64,000 nt of DNA, from positions 248,001-312,000 of the forward strand of contig JBHGNT010000030.1 of NCBI GenBank assembly GCA_043228905.1. The letters run 5' to 3'. The notes under the pieces are model-generated. The model ran no database searches, was not told the origin of the DNA, and worked only from the letters and a program-made list of their open reading frames with translations. The DNA comes from Azolla caroliniana (Eukaryota; Plantae; Polypodiophyta). Shown in pieces: positions 33,844-47,200 of this stretch. Position numbers and translations under genes: made by a program. Each line of letters begins with the position of its first letter. Positions within the stretch are counted from its first letter, which is position 1.

Positions 33844-35371
33844 TCTATTGTAATATGTAGGATATTATTTTCATTTAAGTTTTATTATAGGAAATTAATG
33901 TATATTCTAGATTTCTCTGGAACATTCTAGAAGCTTCAAGATTACTCTTGAGAACACTATAAAAGAAGGCACTAGGCATTATGTTGAACCAAATTGGTTC
34001 AACGCCAGTCTTAAGCCTCTTAGCCATTTTGTACTTATCCTTCACATAATATATTAGTTGTTATCATCATCTCTCTCTCTCTCTCTCTTCCTCGCTATCT
34101 CTCTTTTCTCTTCTCTCTCTCTCTCTCTCGGGAATCTTACGCAGTCCCGTCCTCTTAGTACTAATAGTACTTCTCTTCTTTAGTACTAATTCCCTCTCTG
34201 CTTTAGTACTATTCCTGACAGTTTGAACCAATTTTTTCCTCCAACCTACTTGTCATTCTCCCTCATCCTCCTACCCTTTTCCCTATCCTATGGCTACTGT
34301 TAGCGCCCAAGAATATCAATCTGTTTTCTCCGAGCTACAGTGCCTAAAAGTAAAATTTGTTGCCTTGGAACAAGAAAACCAACGGCTGATAGGGGATCTG
34401 CAACAAATCGTTCTAGAAAAACAACAAACGCAGCAACAAACGGTTGATAGGGAATCATTTGGAGAGACTACGCAAGATCCAGATGGATCACTCTACTCAT
34501 CTTCGTCATGCTCAACAGACACAGAAGACTTACGCGGATCGTCATCAGCTTCCCTCCTCTTTTGCCATCGGAGATCGACTATGGCTTTTACGTCGTCACA
34601 TCAAGACTACTTGACAGTGTGACAAGTTGGATTATCGCCGACTCGGTCCTTTCCGTATTACCGGTAAGGTTAATGATGTCACGTTCCGCCTTGATCTTCC
34701 TCCGCATCTTCGAATACATCCGGTCTTCCATAGTTCCCTTCTTGAACCTTATAAAGCAAACACTCTTCCCGATCATGTTACACCACCACCGCCCCAGCTT
34801 GAGTTAGACGTTGGCCCGGAGTATGAAGTTGTTGCCATCCTCAACTCCAAATTTGTTCGCAACAAACTTTATTATTTGGTCGATTGGCTCAGTTATAGTC
34901 CGAGTGAACGTACTTGGGAACCCGTTTAGCATGTCGCCAATGCTCAGGATCTTCTTGCTGAGTTCCATCGAAAGTATCCGGACAAACCCAGTCCGCAATC
35001 AACGCCAACTCGTTCCACTCATCGCCTTAAGAGGGAGATAGTGTCATAATATGCCAAGACTCAAACCCATGACCTTATGTTATATGGGTCGAGCTCTTGA
35101 CCATTATACCATCTATTGTAATACGTAGGATATTATTTTCATTTAAGTTTTATTATAGGAAATTAATGTATATTCTAGATTTCTCTGGAACATTCTAGAA
35201 GCTTCAAGATTACTCTTGAGAACACTATAAAAGAAGGCACTAGGCATTATGTTGAACCAAATTGGTTCAACGCCAGTCTTAAGCCTCTTAGCCATTTTGT
35301 ACTTATCCTTCACATAATATATTAGTTGTTATCATCATCTCTCTCTCTTTCTTCCTCGCTATCTCTCTTTT

Positions 35372-35498
<127 letters not shown>

Positions 35499-35722
35499 AA
35501 TCTTACGTAGTCCCGTCCTCTTAATACTAATAGTACTTCTCTTCTTTAGTACTAATTCCCTCTCTGCTTTAGTATTATTCCTAACATCCATTAAACCTGC
35601 GTTTCTGTGTTCTGTTTTCTATTGCTTCTACACAACGTATTCTTTTACATGGTATCAGAGCGCGAGGGTTGAGAACCTCTGCAGCCAACATAGCTTGAAA
35701 AAAAAAACCAACCAAGAGGAAC

Positions 35723-38700
35723 ATGAAAAACAAAATGGATAGAGGCATGGCTAGCTCGCTTCCTACCGAGAAGCTCGACAGAAACAACTACGCATCTTGG
35801 TCCTACAAGATGCACCAGTACCTGCTCGGGCACGGTTACTGGAGCTATGTCGACGGAGCAAATGACACAACACCCGAATCGACACACAGAGATTTCCCGG
35901 TGTGGGAACAGTCGGCAAGCAGAGTATTGTACTGCTTCGCATCTTGTGTGGGCGAACAACTTCTGAGCTATATTCGGGATGTGAAAACGCCAAAAGATGC
36001 TTGGGGAAATTTGAAGAAGATTTTCGCCACAAGCACCATAGCGAGGAAGCTTCAACTCTGACAAGAGCTGAGCAACTTATGACAACGCAATTTGTCAGTG
36101 GCTTATTACACCTCGAAGATCAAAGAGATATGCGACTCCTTAGCCTCTATTGATGTGAACGTCGAGGAAGGCGAGATGGTGCAAATCTGTCTCGGGGGAC
36201 TGGCATCAAAGTTCGGAGCATTCCGAACTGCTATGTGTACACGGGAGAATACGCCGTCATTTTTCGACTTATAGTCGATGCTTCTTGTGGAGGAGAACCA
36301 CGTTGGTGCGTCAACAAGTGCACCCACCAACATCCGGATGTTGTACACGAAGGTGGATCGGCCCCGTGGGCGTGGTGGACGAGGCGGGTCGGCTCGCAAT
36401 GGTAGCGGCCGGCAAGAGCATGAACGAAGGCAAAGAGAAAGTGCCGACAATAGTTCCGGACCCTCCACAAGCAGGGGGAGTCAAGGCGGCGCCGGAGGCC
36501 GGCAAGCAAAGGTTGATACAGAATGCTAGTACTGTGGCAAAAAGGGCCACAGAGAAAGCGAGTGTTGGAAGAAACGCGCCGATTCGGACAAATCTGGATC
36601 CGGCAAGGCCGGCAGAGAGAACCAGCAATACTCACACTACGCAGAAGGATCGGGGGGATCCAAAACCAGAAAAGCCAGTAAAGGGCTAGCCTTGGTGATG
36701 AAACACGAGGCTAACTCGATGAAGAAGACCACTTCCGAATCGAAGGAAGTGTGGTACATTGATTCCGGTGCGTCGAATCACATGACGAGCCACAAAGAGT
36801 GGTTCTCCTTCTTGGAGAAACCCGAACAACCACGAGTTGTCGAAACCGGAGACGACACTCCACACCCAATCGTGCATGTCGAAGAAGTCCCTTTGAGCCA
36901 CATCGGACAGAGGGGGAAGTTGATGAACGTTGTCGTGTTGTTACGCGCGTGTGTATAGAACGAGGCAGGACCACGGGGGTCTTGGACTGAGGAATAACCG
37001 AACAGGAGTAGGAGCAAGAAAGACAATGACCGTGCTTCCACACACACACGCAGATACACAGAAACCGCAACTAAATGAAACAATGGAAACAAGACGAATG
37101 CATATATGTATGTATATATTCTAATGAAAAAGGGTTACAACCGGCAAGCCGGTGAGCAACAAATCTCCTACGCCTACGCACACACACACAGAAGAGCGAG
37201 ATGGAGACTTTGCCGGAAGCACTCAGGCGTTCCGCGAAGCAGAGTCAGCCTCCCAAAAACCTGCACAGAGCAAATACAGAGAAAGACAGAGGAGAAGAGC
37301 TTGGTCCTAGTCCGACAGCACTTTGTCCTCGACAAAAGCGATCCCTTTTACGGTTCCTCTCCCTCTCTTTTATAGCCCAAGGAGGGAAGCCGTTACAACT
37401 TGTTACATCATCTTTATTCCATGTCCTTTAGGACAGAGATATGCCTCGATTTCCTACCTATCAAATCCGTGCGACCTAAGATATTCACATCAGCCGACTT
37501 GTACCTAAATATGTACATTACAACAAAACTTGTGCCCGCGTGTAAGGGCCGGTTCGCGCGCATCATTCTCCAATTCCGCCGAGGGACGGTTTTCTCCACG
37601 ACAACATATTACACATTCCGACCATCACGAAGAACCTGGTGTCGATTGGACAGATAGTCGACCAGGGGATGCAAGTGCGGTTTACGCACCTCGGGTGCTT
37701 CATCGAGGAAGAGGGCCAGATTATTGCGCAAGGGCGCAAAGACGGGAGGATGTTCATCCTCGACGCCAATGACGTAGGCACCACTTTGTTCGCCAAAGGT
37801 CAGAAGATTGAATTGGATATTGATCTCTGGCACAAGCGGATTGGCCACATCAATTACCGGAGGCTTCAAGACCTGCAAACGAAACAAGTAGTTTCCGGTT
37901 TGCCGAAGTTCAGTGCCCGGAAGGCCCAAATATGTGAAGCTTGCCAACTCGGGAAGCAACACCGGCTTCCATTCCCCACCGAACGAAACCGGAGTCGTAA
38001 CAAGCTCGACCTTATTCATTCGGATGTATGGGGACCGGCACAAAACGTTAGTCTTGGCGGGAGTCGATATTTCGTCTCCTTCATCGACGACCACAGCCGG
38101 CATACATGGATCTACCTCATTGAGCGGAAGAGTGAAGTCTTCGAGTGTTTCTGGAACCTGCAAAGCCTAGTTGAACAAGAAACAGAGAGGAAGATCAAGT
38201 GTCTGCGGTTGGATGGCAGAAAAGAATATTTTTCCGGCCAATTCAACAGTTATCTACAGCAAAAAGGAATTCGAAGAGAGTTCAGCTGCAAATACACACC
38301 GGAGCAAAACGGTGTGGCCGAAAGGAAGAACCGGTCGATTGTCGACGCGGCAAGGGCAATGCTGGAGGAGAAGAGCATGCCCCATTTCTACTGGGCCGAG
38401 GCGGTCCAGATGGCCGTCTATATCCAAAACCGTATCGGTGACAAGGTGTCCACGCACGAGCTATGTCCGCGCACGAGCTATATTTCGGACGCGAGCCGAA
38501 TTTGAGACACCTTCGGATATTCGGTAGCATTGCATATGTGCATGTGCGGGATGAGAAGATGAGGAAGTTGGATGCAAAGTCGGAGAAATGCATCCTGGTC
38601 GGTTACTCGCATGAGCAAAAGGGGTATAAATGTTATAACCCCCAGACGAAGCAGGTCCGAGTTAGCTAAGATGTTGAGTTTGATGAGATGGCATCATGGT

Positions 38701-40730
38701 ATGCCTTACCAGCTCCGACTTCCGACCCCAACCCGATACAGGAGGATGAGGCTAGTGAGCCTGAACAGGTCCAGGTAGAAGATGAAGACTTCGGCACTCT
38801 AGAAGAGAGTCTGATCTCATTTCGATTAAGTGGACCGAATGAGCGGCTGAGTCAAGATGACCAGTCGGATGACGAACCGGCGAGTAATGGAGACTCTACC
38901 GTGCTCTCCCCACGCAAGGAACCGAGAAGACGGTTCACGCGCAAAGAGAACGGGAAGAAGAAGATGCCGGAATACGAAACCGGCAATGTTGAGTTGAATC
39001 GGGGCGAATCCGACTCCGGAAAGGATGAAGGCGGATCTTCGGCAACAAAGACCGCACCAGCCAAGAAGGGCCTCAAACCGGGTAACGATAAGTTACGCCG
39101 ATCTTCCCATCAGAAGAACCCCATAAAGCGGTACGGGTATAATGAGTACATGGTGCATCACTATGCGTACATGACCAAGGTGGCGGAAGTGCATGAGCCG
39201 GAGAGCTACGCAGAAGCGGCAAAGGACACCAATTGGCGTGCCGCTATGGAGGAAGAAGTGCGGGCACTTGATGCCAACGACACATGGGACCTAATTGACC
39301 CTCCCCGTCACTGTAAACCGATCGGATGTAAGTGGGTGTACAAGGTAAAGTACAATGCCGACAATTTGGTTAACCGGTACAAGGCCTAGTTAGTGGCAAA
39401 GGGATACGCGCAGACCCACGGAATCGACTACGACGAAACCTTCGCTCCGGTAGCAAAGATGACGATGGTTCGTGTGGTGCTGGCAGTTGCTGCGGCAAGG
39501 GGGTGGCATCTTCACCAAATGGACGTGAAGAATGCATTTTTTCAAGGCAATCTTGAAGAAGAGGCCTTTATGACCCAAACCCCCCGATTTCCAGTCGAAG
39601 ATGAACAAGTCGGCGGTATGCCAGCTGAATAAGTCACTTTATGGCTTGAAGCAAGCCCCCCAAGCTTGGAATGCAAAGATCGCGCACCGGTTGCGTAAGA
39701 TGGGGTTTGCGGTCTCCAAGTCCGACTCTTCGTTGTTCACCCGGCAAGGTCCGGACAGTCCGGTTTGCATTTTGTTGTATGTTGATGATCTAGTCATCAC
39801 CGGACCCAAGCTCGATGAAATCAGTCGAGTCAAGTCCCAACTGTCAGATGCATTTGAGATGAAGGACATGGGGGACCTTCACTATTTCCTTGGGATCGAG
39901 GTGATCCGAACCCCCGACGGCATACTGCTCTCACAAAGACACTATGTGTTGAGTATGTTGTACAAGTTCGGCATGACAGAATGTTGACCGATCTCCACAC
40001 CCCTTGACCGGAACCAGAAGCTCTGTCTCGACTCCAGACCGGCCTGCGATGAGAAACGGTTTCGACAAATCGTCGGAAGCCTTATATATTTGATAATCAC
40101 CCAACCCGACATCAGTTATCCGGTCGGTGTGATCAACCAATATATGCAGAAGCCGACCATGGAGCACCTTCAGTGCGTGCATCGAAATTTGCGATATGTG
40201 AGCATCACGAAGGAACGGGGATTGTTATACCGGCATGGTATAACCGAAGAGCTAGTCGGCTACACCTATGCCGACTAGGCCGGCGATGCATCGCATCGCC
40301 AATCCACCTCCGGCTATATGTTTTCCCTTGGTAGCGCGGTTGTTGCGTGGAGCAGCAAAAAGCAGCCAATAGTGGCCCTTTCAAGCACTGAGGCTGAATA
40401 TCGGGGCGCTACCATTGCCACCTGTGAAGCCATTTGGCTTCCACGACTGCTGCACGACCTGCGAATCGAGGTGCCGACCCCGATCCTGATCTACTGTGAC
40501 AACCTAAGCAGCATGCAGCTCGCCAAAAACCCTGTATTCCATGCTCGCACAAAGCATATAGAACTACACTACCACTTCGTGCGTGAGCATGTCTTGAGCG
40601 GTGAAGTCGAACTTCGGTATGTTCATACGAATCAGCAAGTTGCCGACATCTTCACCAAACCACTCGGATCGGACAAGTTGTAGCACTTCACCGAAATGCT
40701 TGGTGTCAGCATCTCAACGTGCCACACTTG
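35723..40730 (+). pseudogene. pol: C2 gag-pol, many stops and frameshifts
   Basis: WYIDSGASNHM, LWHKRIGH, IHSDVWGP, YVDD, ARTKHIE, ADIFTK. 17-bp tandem duplication at ~38448-38481. Confidence 0.9.
36931..37603 (-). mobile_element. Solo LTR of the G family in C2 protease region
   Basis: Family termini TGTCGTGTTGTTACGCGCG...GGACCACGGGGGTCT and CGGTTTTCTCCACGACA. TSD ACGT/ACAT (one CpG decay). Confidence 0.92.
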
Positions 40731-43205
40731 AGGGGGAGAACAGGCAAAGACACCGGAACAGGCAAAGGCAAAGAGACTGTCGGTTGCGCCGATAAGGGAA
40801 GAACCGACAAAGGGGGAGACAAGAAGAAGAAAGGAGCCGAGTCGACAAAGGAAGTTGACACATTCGAACAAGTCGGAACAGGCGGCAGCGACGGCAGAGT
40901 CAAGAAGGACAGAGTCGACCGGAAGAAGGAGGCCAAGACTCGGACATGGTCCGATGTGGTGAAGGGCTGGAACCGGAAAACGAATCGAGAGCGACCGATT
41001 CGGACAAGAGCTGGAACGTATCGGAGACAACCGATTCAGTTCAACAAACAAATTCGGAAGAACCGGATCAATTCAAGGCCAAGATGACGAGAAGGCAGCG
41101 AAAGTCGACGCCAACACGAAGGAATCGGCGAATCGGCAAGCACCGAAGTCACAACAATGAGGGAGCTGAATTGGGCCTGTTGAACAAACAAGCCGACCAA
41201 GGAGGTCGAGGTGCGCAGAAACAGAACGGTTGTGAAAAACGGGACCGGACCGGACGAGGAGCACGAGCGAGGCAGAGTGACGCCAGAAGGAGCCAAGTCG
41301 AAGGACCGGCTGCCATGAAGACTAACACTACGATCCGACCTCAAGTTGAGCTTGAGGGGGAGTGTTCAGCGGCAAGCTCAACCAAATCCGGATCGGCTAA
41401 ATAAGCCTGAGTCAGATCGGCATCCGGAAGGATGAGCCGGATCGATGAGCCAGTGAGCACGTGAGCCGGTGAGTTGGGGAGCCGGTTAGCCGGATCCATC
41501 AGTAACCGGAAGCCTAGTAGCAGCCTAGACTACTAGGAAGTTAATGTCTCATAGTTAGTGTCAGACGCTTGTGTGAGCATTGAAGTACACCGTACTTCTG
41601 CCAGTCCAGATGGACTTGTATAAAAGTGTTCACTAAACACATACGATGTACAGAGTGTTACAGATTGAGTATTATTTTTTAATAGAGTTTCTGTGTGCTC
41701 TCTCTCTCTCACTCTGTCTCTCCCGCGTACTGTGTATATCCTAAGCTCTCCATTAAACCTGCGTTTTTGTGTTCTGTTTTCTATTGTTTCCGCACAACGT
41801 ATTCTTTTACAGTTATTAATGTCTATGCCGTTTGCAAGTAACCAACTCACCACAGTGCTATACCAAGAGCTAGTGTCTCTAGATGCATGTAGGGATCAAG
41901 ATGCCTCAAAGGATGGACGGGATATCTTATCTTGTGGTTGGCTATGTATCTGATGAATAAAAACTACCACTTGAAACTGTGCTTCTACTAACATCGGGGG
42001 CAAACTGAACTCTGCCCTAATAATGTCATGTGGTACTGTCGATTTGCTTCGGAGTTGACGTGATAACATCGTCACCAAAGGTCTCTCTAATTGCCTCCAC
42101 ATGAAAGATGGTAGACTTGGAGCCCATACTACTTATGCATACATGAGGGAAGGGGTCACTAATGAGTCGAAGAGTCATCCCTTAGTACGTGGCTCTTGAA
42201 AGTATGCCTGGTGGCATTGTCTCTCTAAGAGTGAGAGGGATGCATACCCTCTCGTTAGCCTATCTTTGGTTGTCTGGGTCATCGAGAATTTACCTAAGCG
42301 AGCACTAAAAGTGACTCCCAAGTATACATATGATCCAACTACCTCAAGTAGTTTATGAGAGAGGATTAGGTGACATTTACTCCTAACTCGGGACGATGTA
42401 TGAAATATAAGGACTTTAGTTTTCGCTAGATTCACTACCAATCCTCGTTGTGTACAAAAGTCATCTAGGGCATTAAGATGCTTTTGTAGGTCGTGTTCCG
42501 ACTCCGAGAGCAAGACAATGTTGTCTGCGTAGAGTAAGAGACTAACTTGTGTATCCCCAATAGCGCCTCCCTTACAAGCAATAAAATCAATGATCTCATC
42601 AATGTAGATCCCAAAAAGAGTCGGTGATAGGGGGCAACCCTATTTTACCCCAATGGTGATAGTGAAACAATCGGATAGGCCACCTGGGCATCTTACGCAC
42701 CCAGAGACTTGCTCATATAGGGCATAAATGGCCCAGATCGTGTCATTTGGTATCTCCAAGCTCTTAAGTCTATCAAACAACTTCTCCCTAGGAACTGTGT
42801 CAAAGGCTTTGCAGAAGTCCACAAAACAACGATATAGTTTCTTCTTACGAGCCTTCATCTGGTCAATTAAGCACCTAAGTGTGAAGATATGGTCAATAGT
42901 GGAGAAGGCTTGTCTAAAGCCAGCCTGCTCAAGTGCTCGAAGACTTAATGTTTCCATATAATCCCTGAGCTCCGCTTCCATTATCGCACCATATAGTTTA
43001 GCGAGCAAATGACCTATCATAATGGTCCTATATGTATTTGGGTCCATTGGGTCCCCTCCTTTATGTATAGGGGCCACTGTGTTCATGGTCCATTGTGGTG
43101 GAAAACCCTTGGCGAGTGCGCAGTTGAAGATTAGAGTGAGAAAGGGGGCTAAGCACTCTCGAGCATATATGATGTGCTCGGCTCTCAATCCTGTGTGATC
43201 CATGG

Positions 43206-44233
43206 ATTTCCTAAGAGAGAGCGTGAGAGTAGTAACTCAACAGCCGTCTGTCAGAGAAGAAGATTTCGAGGTCGTTGCCTCCGAGTATCTTATTGTACCT
43301 CTCCTCATCATTAGTGATCTAGTTCGGAGTTCGAGGACTCCCGTGGTTTTTCCCTTTTCGGGTTTTCCACGTTAAACTTTGTTTCAATGTTTTTCGTTTT
43401 CTGCCCCTCGTTTTGTCTGTGTATCTATCTCACTCGTTTCTTTGCACCCAAACGTAAACTTCTAACCGGTTGTGGCCGGTCGATTCTAACAGTATGATGC
43501 AAGTAGGGTTCCCCTTTGTATTTTCCCTCTTCCCATAGTGAACAGTTTGTAGTTCTATGAACTCCCATGGTTTTCCCCTATTAGGATTTCCATGTTAAAA
43601 TTCCTTGTCTTTGTATTTGTGTTCTGTTTTTTGTCGGTTTAAATCTTTGCAACTCTCATACGTGAGTCTAGAACCGGTTGTGGCCAGCTTCAATCTTAAC
43701 AAACTGGTATCAGACTGATGGAAGACTCATTTGGCAGCATGTTCAAACTTACCAACTCCAACTATTCTATGTGGAAGTCGAAGACAAGGGATATGTTGGT
43801 ATGCAAAGATCGTTGGTTGCCGGTACAATATGGGAATACCAAGCCCGACAAGATCGATGCATCGACTTGGGAAATCATGCATCTAAAGGCCGCAACATAT
43901 ATAAGGTGTTTTATAGACATGAGTCTATACAACAACTTTGATGATGAGAACAAGGCGATGTCCTCTAGGAGAAGATCGACATTATGTTTGAGAACAAAAA
44001 TGTTGTTAATAGAGTCTCAGTGTTTCGGAAAACAGTAAGACTCTAGTATCAAGATGGCTCCAGCATGGCGGCGCATCTGAATGTCTTCCAAGGGCTCATC
44101 AACCAAACCACCTCTCTAGAAGTACCTCTAGTTGGCGAGATACTAGCACTACTACTGTTGGGATCCCTTCTAGAAAGTTCGGAGACACTTGTTGTCACAC
44201 TGTGACTTGTCGGACCAGAAGAAAAGCATTTAT
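43206..44233 (+). mobile_element. Two partial copia LTR ends (to 43491 and 43701), Met PBS and gag start (C3)
   Basis: Two GGTTGTGGCC...TAACA ends, TGGTATCAGA at 43705-43714, gag MEDSFGSMFKLTNSNYSMWK homologous to C5. Confidence 0.8.
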
Positions 44234-47200
44234 TAACGGGAACTACAACGCTCCTTATGCACAACACTCAGCCACAACCGAGCTTAGAACCATACACAGA
44301 AAATGGGAAATAAAGAGTGCACGACACGAAGAAGAGAAGAGTACACAGGGTGTTTACGTGGAAAACCCAAACAAAGGAAAAAAAACCACGGCAACCCACA
44401 GGCTGCAAACTATCACTATGTTAGAATGTACAACAATGAGTTCACGAAGGCAACGACCTCGTGCTCACGATCTTTGCCACAAGCGGCGGTTACAACTGAG
44501 GCAACGACCTCTTCCTTTCTCTCACTCTCTCTGTACACAGTTACGCGCTCTAATCTCGCGCAGACAAGAATAACAACGACCTCATCAAAAGGTTTTCCCT
44601 AAGTCATATTTATACTAATATGACTTTTCGGCTATTTACAAATACAGCCATGATGGACTCTCAGAAAACATATTTACAAATATGTCTCTTCATCCGGTGA
44701 GCACTCCTCACCGGGTCTGCACCATCCAGCTCTCCGTAGCCGGGTACTCCTCATCCGGTACTCACCGGGTCTGCACCATCCGGCTCTCCGTAGTCGGGTA
44801 CTCCTCATCCGGTTCTCACCGGGTCTACACCATCTGGCTCTCCGTAGCCGGGTACTCCTCATCCGGTTCTCACCAGGTTTGCACCATCCGGCTCTCCGTA
44901 GCCGGGTACTCGTCATACGGTTTCGGCCTCGGCCGAGTATGTTCATCAGCATTGTTCTTCTCTCTTCCCATCCGGAGGGACCTGTCTCCCAACAAACTCC
45001 CCCTTCACTCCGGCATGGGGTGTCTTACTAGTCCGATCCTCTTCCGGCATGCATCCAGCTTGTCGGGTATCAACACTTTGGTCAGCATATCTGACCCGTT
45101 CTCGGCCGTGTGGATCTTCGTCAGCGCGACCTCCTGGTCATCTACTCTTTCCCGGATCCAGTGATACCTTCGTTGGATATGCTTCGTCCGGGAATGGTAG
45201 GCTGCATTCTTAGCAAGGTGGATGGCACTTTGACTGTCGCAATAGAGCCGGTATTCATTTTGCCGGATACTGAGCTCTCCGATGAAGTCCTTCATCCATA
45301 ATATTTCCTTGTCGGCTTCCACAACCGCCATGTACTCCGCCTCTGTGGTTGACAAAGCAACCGTCTTCTGCAGCCTCGACTGCCACGAAACAGCTCCCCC
45401 TGCATATGTCATTACATATCCGGATGTAGACTGGCTGGTATCCACATCAGCCGACATGTCCGAATCGGTGAAACCGTCAAGTTGAGGTTTTCCGGAGCCG
45501 AATCAGAGACACATATTTGAAGTGCCCTTCAAATACCGGAGTATCCATTTGACCGCGTTCCAGTGCTCCTTGCCGGGATTGCTCATAAACCGGCTCACCA
45601 CTCCGACTGCGTAGCCTATATCTGGTCGAGTACACACCATTGCGTACATCAAGCTCCCTACAGCAGAGGCATATGGAATCTTCATCATATCCGCCTTCTC
45701 TACTTTCGTCTTCGGGCTTTGCTTACCGGATAGCCTGCAGTTTGCCGGAAGTGTCGATCCGACCGGTTTTGCATCTGACATGTTGAACCGGTGAAGCACC
45801 TTTGTCACGTACTTCTCCTGTGACAGCCATAATTGCTTCACTGACCGGTTCCGGATAATATGCATCCCCAACATCTGTCTTGCCGAACCCAAGTCTTTCA
45901 TTGAGAAGGTCCGGTTGAGAGCCTTCTTCAGCATTTGTATTTTGACTTGGTCTCGTCCGACGATCAATATGTCATCCACTTACAGAAGGAGTATCAGGAA
46001 GTCGCCTCCTTCGAACTTCTTCACAAACACGCAATGATCGGCCTGCGTCTTGTGGTACCCTTGATCGGCCATGAAGGAATCGAACTTCCGGTAGCATTGC
46101 CGGGGGGCCTGTTTCAACCCGTAGAGGCTCTTCTTCAACCGGCAAACCAGGTGCTCCTTCCCTTTCTCCACGAATCCTTCCGGTTGCTGCATGTAGATCT
46201 CCTCTTCGAGGTCGCCGTGAAGGAATGTCGTCTTCACGTCTAGCTGCTCTACCTCGAGGTCCATGCTTGCCGCTATACTCAGTACCGTCCGGATGGAGGT
46301 CATCTTTACTACCGGGGCAAATATCTCGTCAAAGTCCACGCCCTTCTTCTGTTGGATCCCCTTGACCACGATCCTGGCTTTGTATCTCGGGGGGTTGCCG
46401 GCATCTCCCGGTTTCAACTTGTACACCCACTTGTTTCGGAGTGCCCGCTTTCCTTTCGGCAACTCCACCAATTCGTACGTATGGTTCTCATGCAGGGAAT
46501 CCATCTCATCTTGCATGGCACTTAACCATTTGCGGTTGTGGGTGTCATCCTTCGCTTCTTCGAAGCTTTCCAGCTCCCCCTCATCGGTCAACAGAACATG
46601 CTCTGCATCCGGAAATCTCCGGGGTGCCCTTCTCTCTCTGAGAGGATATCTCTGTCTTCGGGCTTCGGTAACCGGCTCCTCCATTTGCTCTTCATCCGAA
46701 TCTGATTCGGGGTCTAGGCCGGTTCCGGTTTCAGCTTCCTCTACTTCTTCTTCTGCCGGTTCGGTATCCTCACCGTAACCGGCTGGTTCCTCAAGTGCTA
46801 ACCGGTCTCTTGCCGGTTGGGTCTGCACATCGTAGAATCGATCATTACCGGTCGACTCGGAGTTCATTATCTTCTTCTCCGACTCCCAGTCGGCGAGCGT
46901 CTTGTTCTCCATGAAGATAATATCTCGACTCCAGAATACCTTCTTGTCGACCAAGTTCCACACTCGGTAGCCAAACTCATCGTCACCGTAACCGAGGAAT
47001 ATGCATGGCCGGGTCTTTGGATCCAACTTTCCTCTCCGGTCCTTAGCTACATGCACGTACGCGAGACACCCGAATACCTTCAGATGCCGGTAGGACACTT
47101 CCTTACCGGTTCAGACTCTCTGTGGCATGTCTCCGTCCAAGGGTACTGAGGGTGATCTGTTTATCATATATGTCGCCGTCGACAGTGCCTCAGCCCAAAA

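Noticed and set aside
33774-33860. Functional tRNA gene
   Set aside because: A and B boxes are present but no acceptor or anticodon stem can be formed.
40719-41404. env-like gene in C2
   Set aside because: No hydrophobic transmembrane or signal segment, and the frames are broken.
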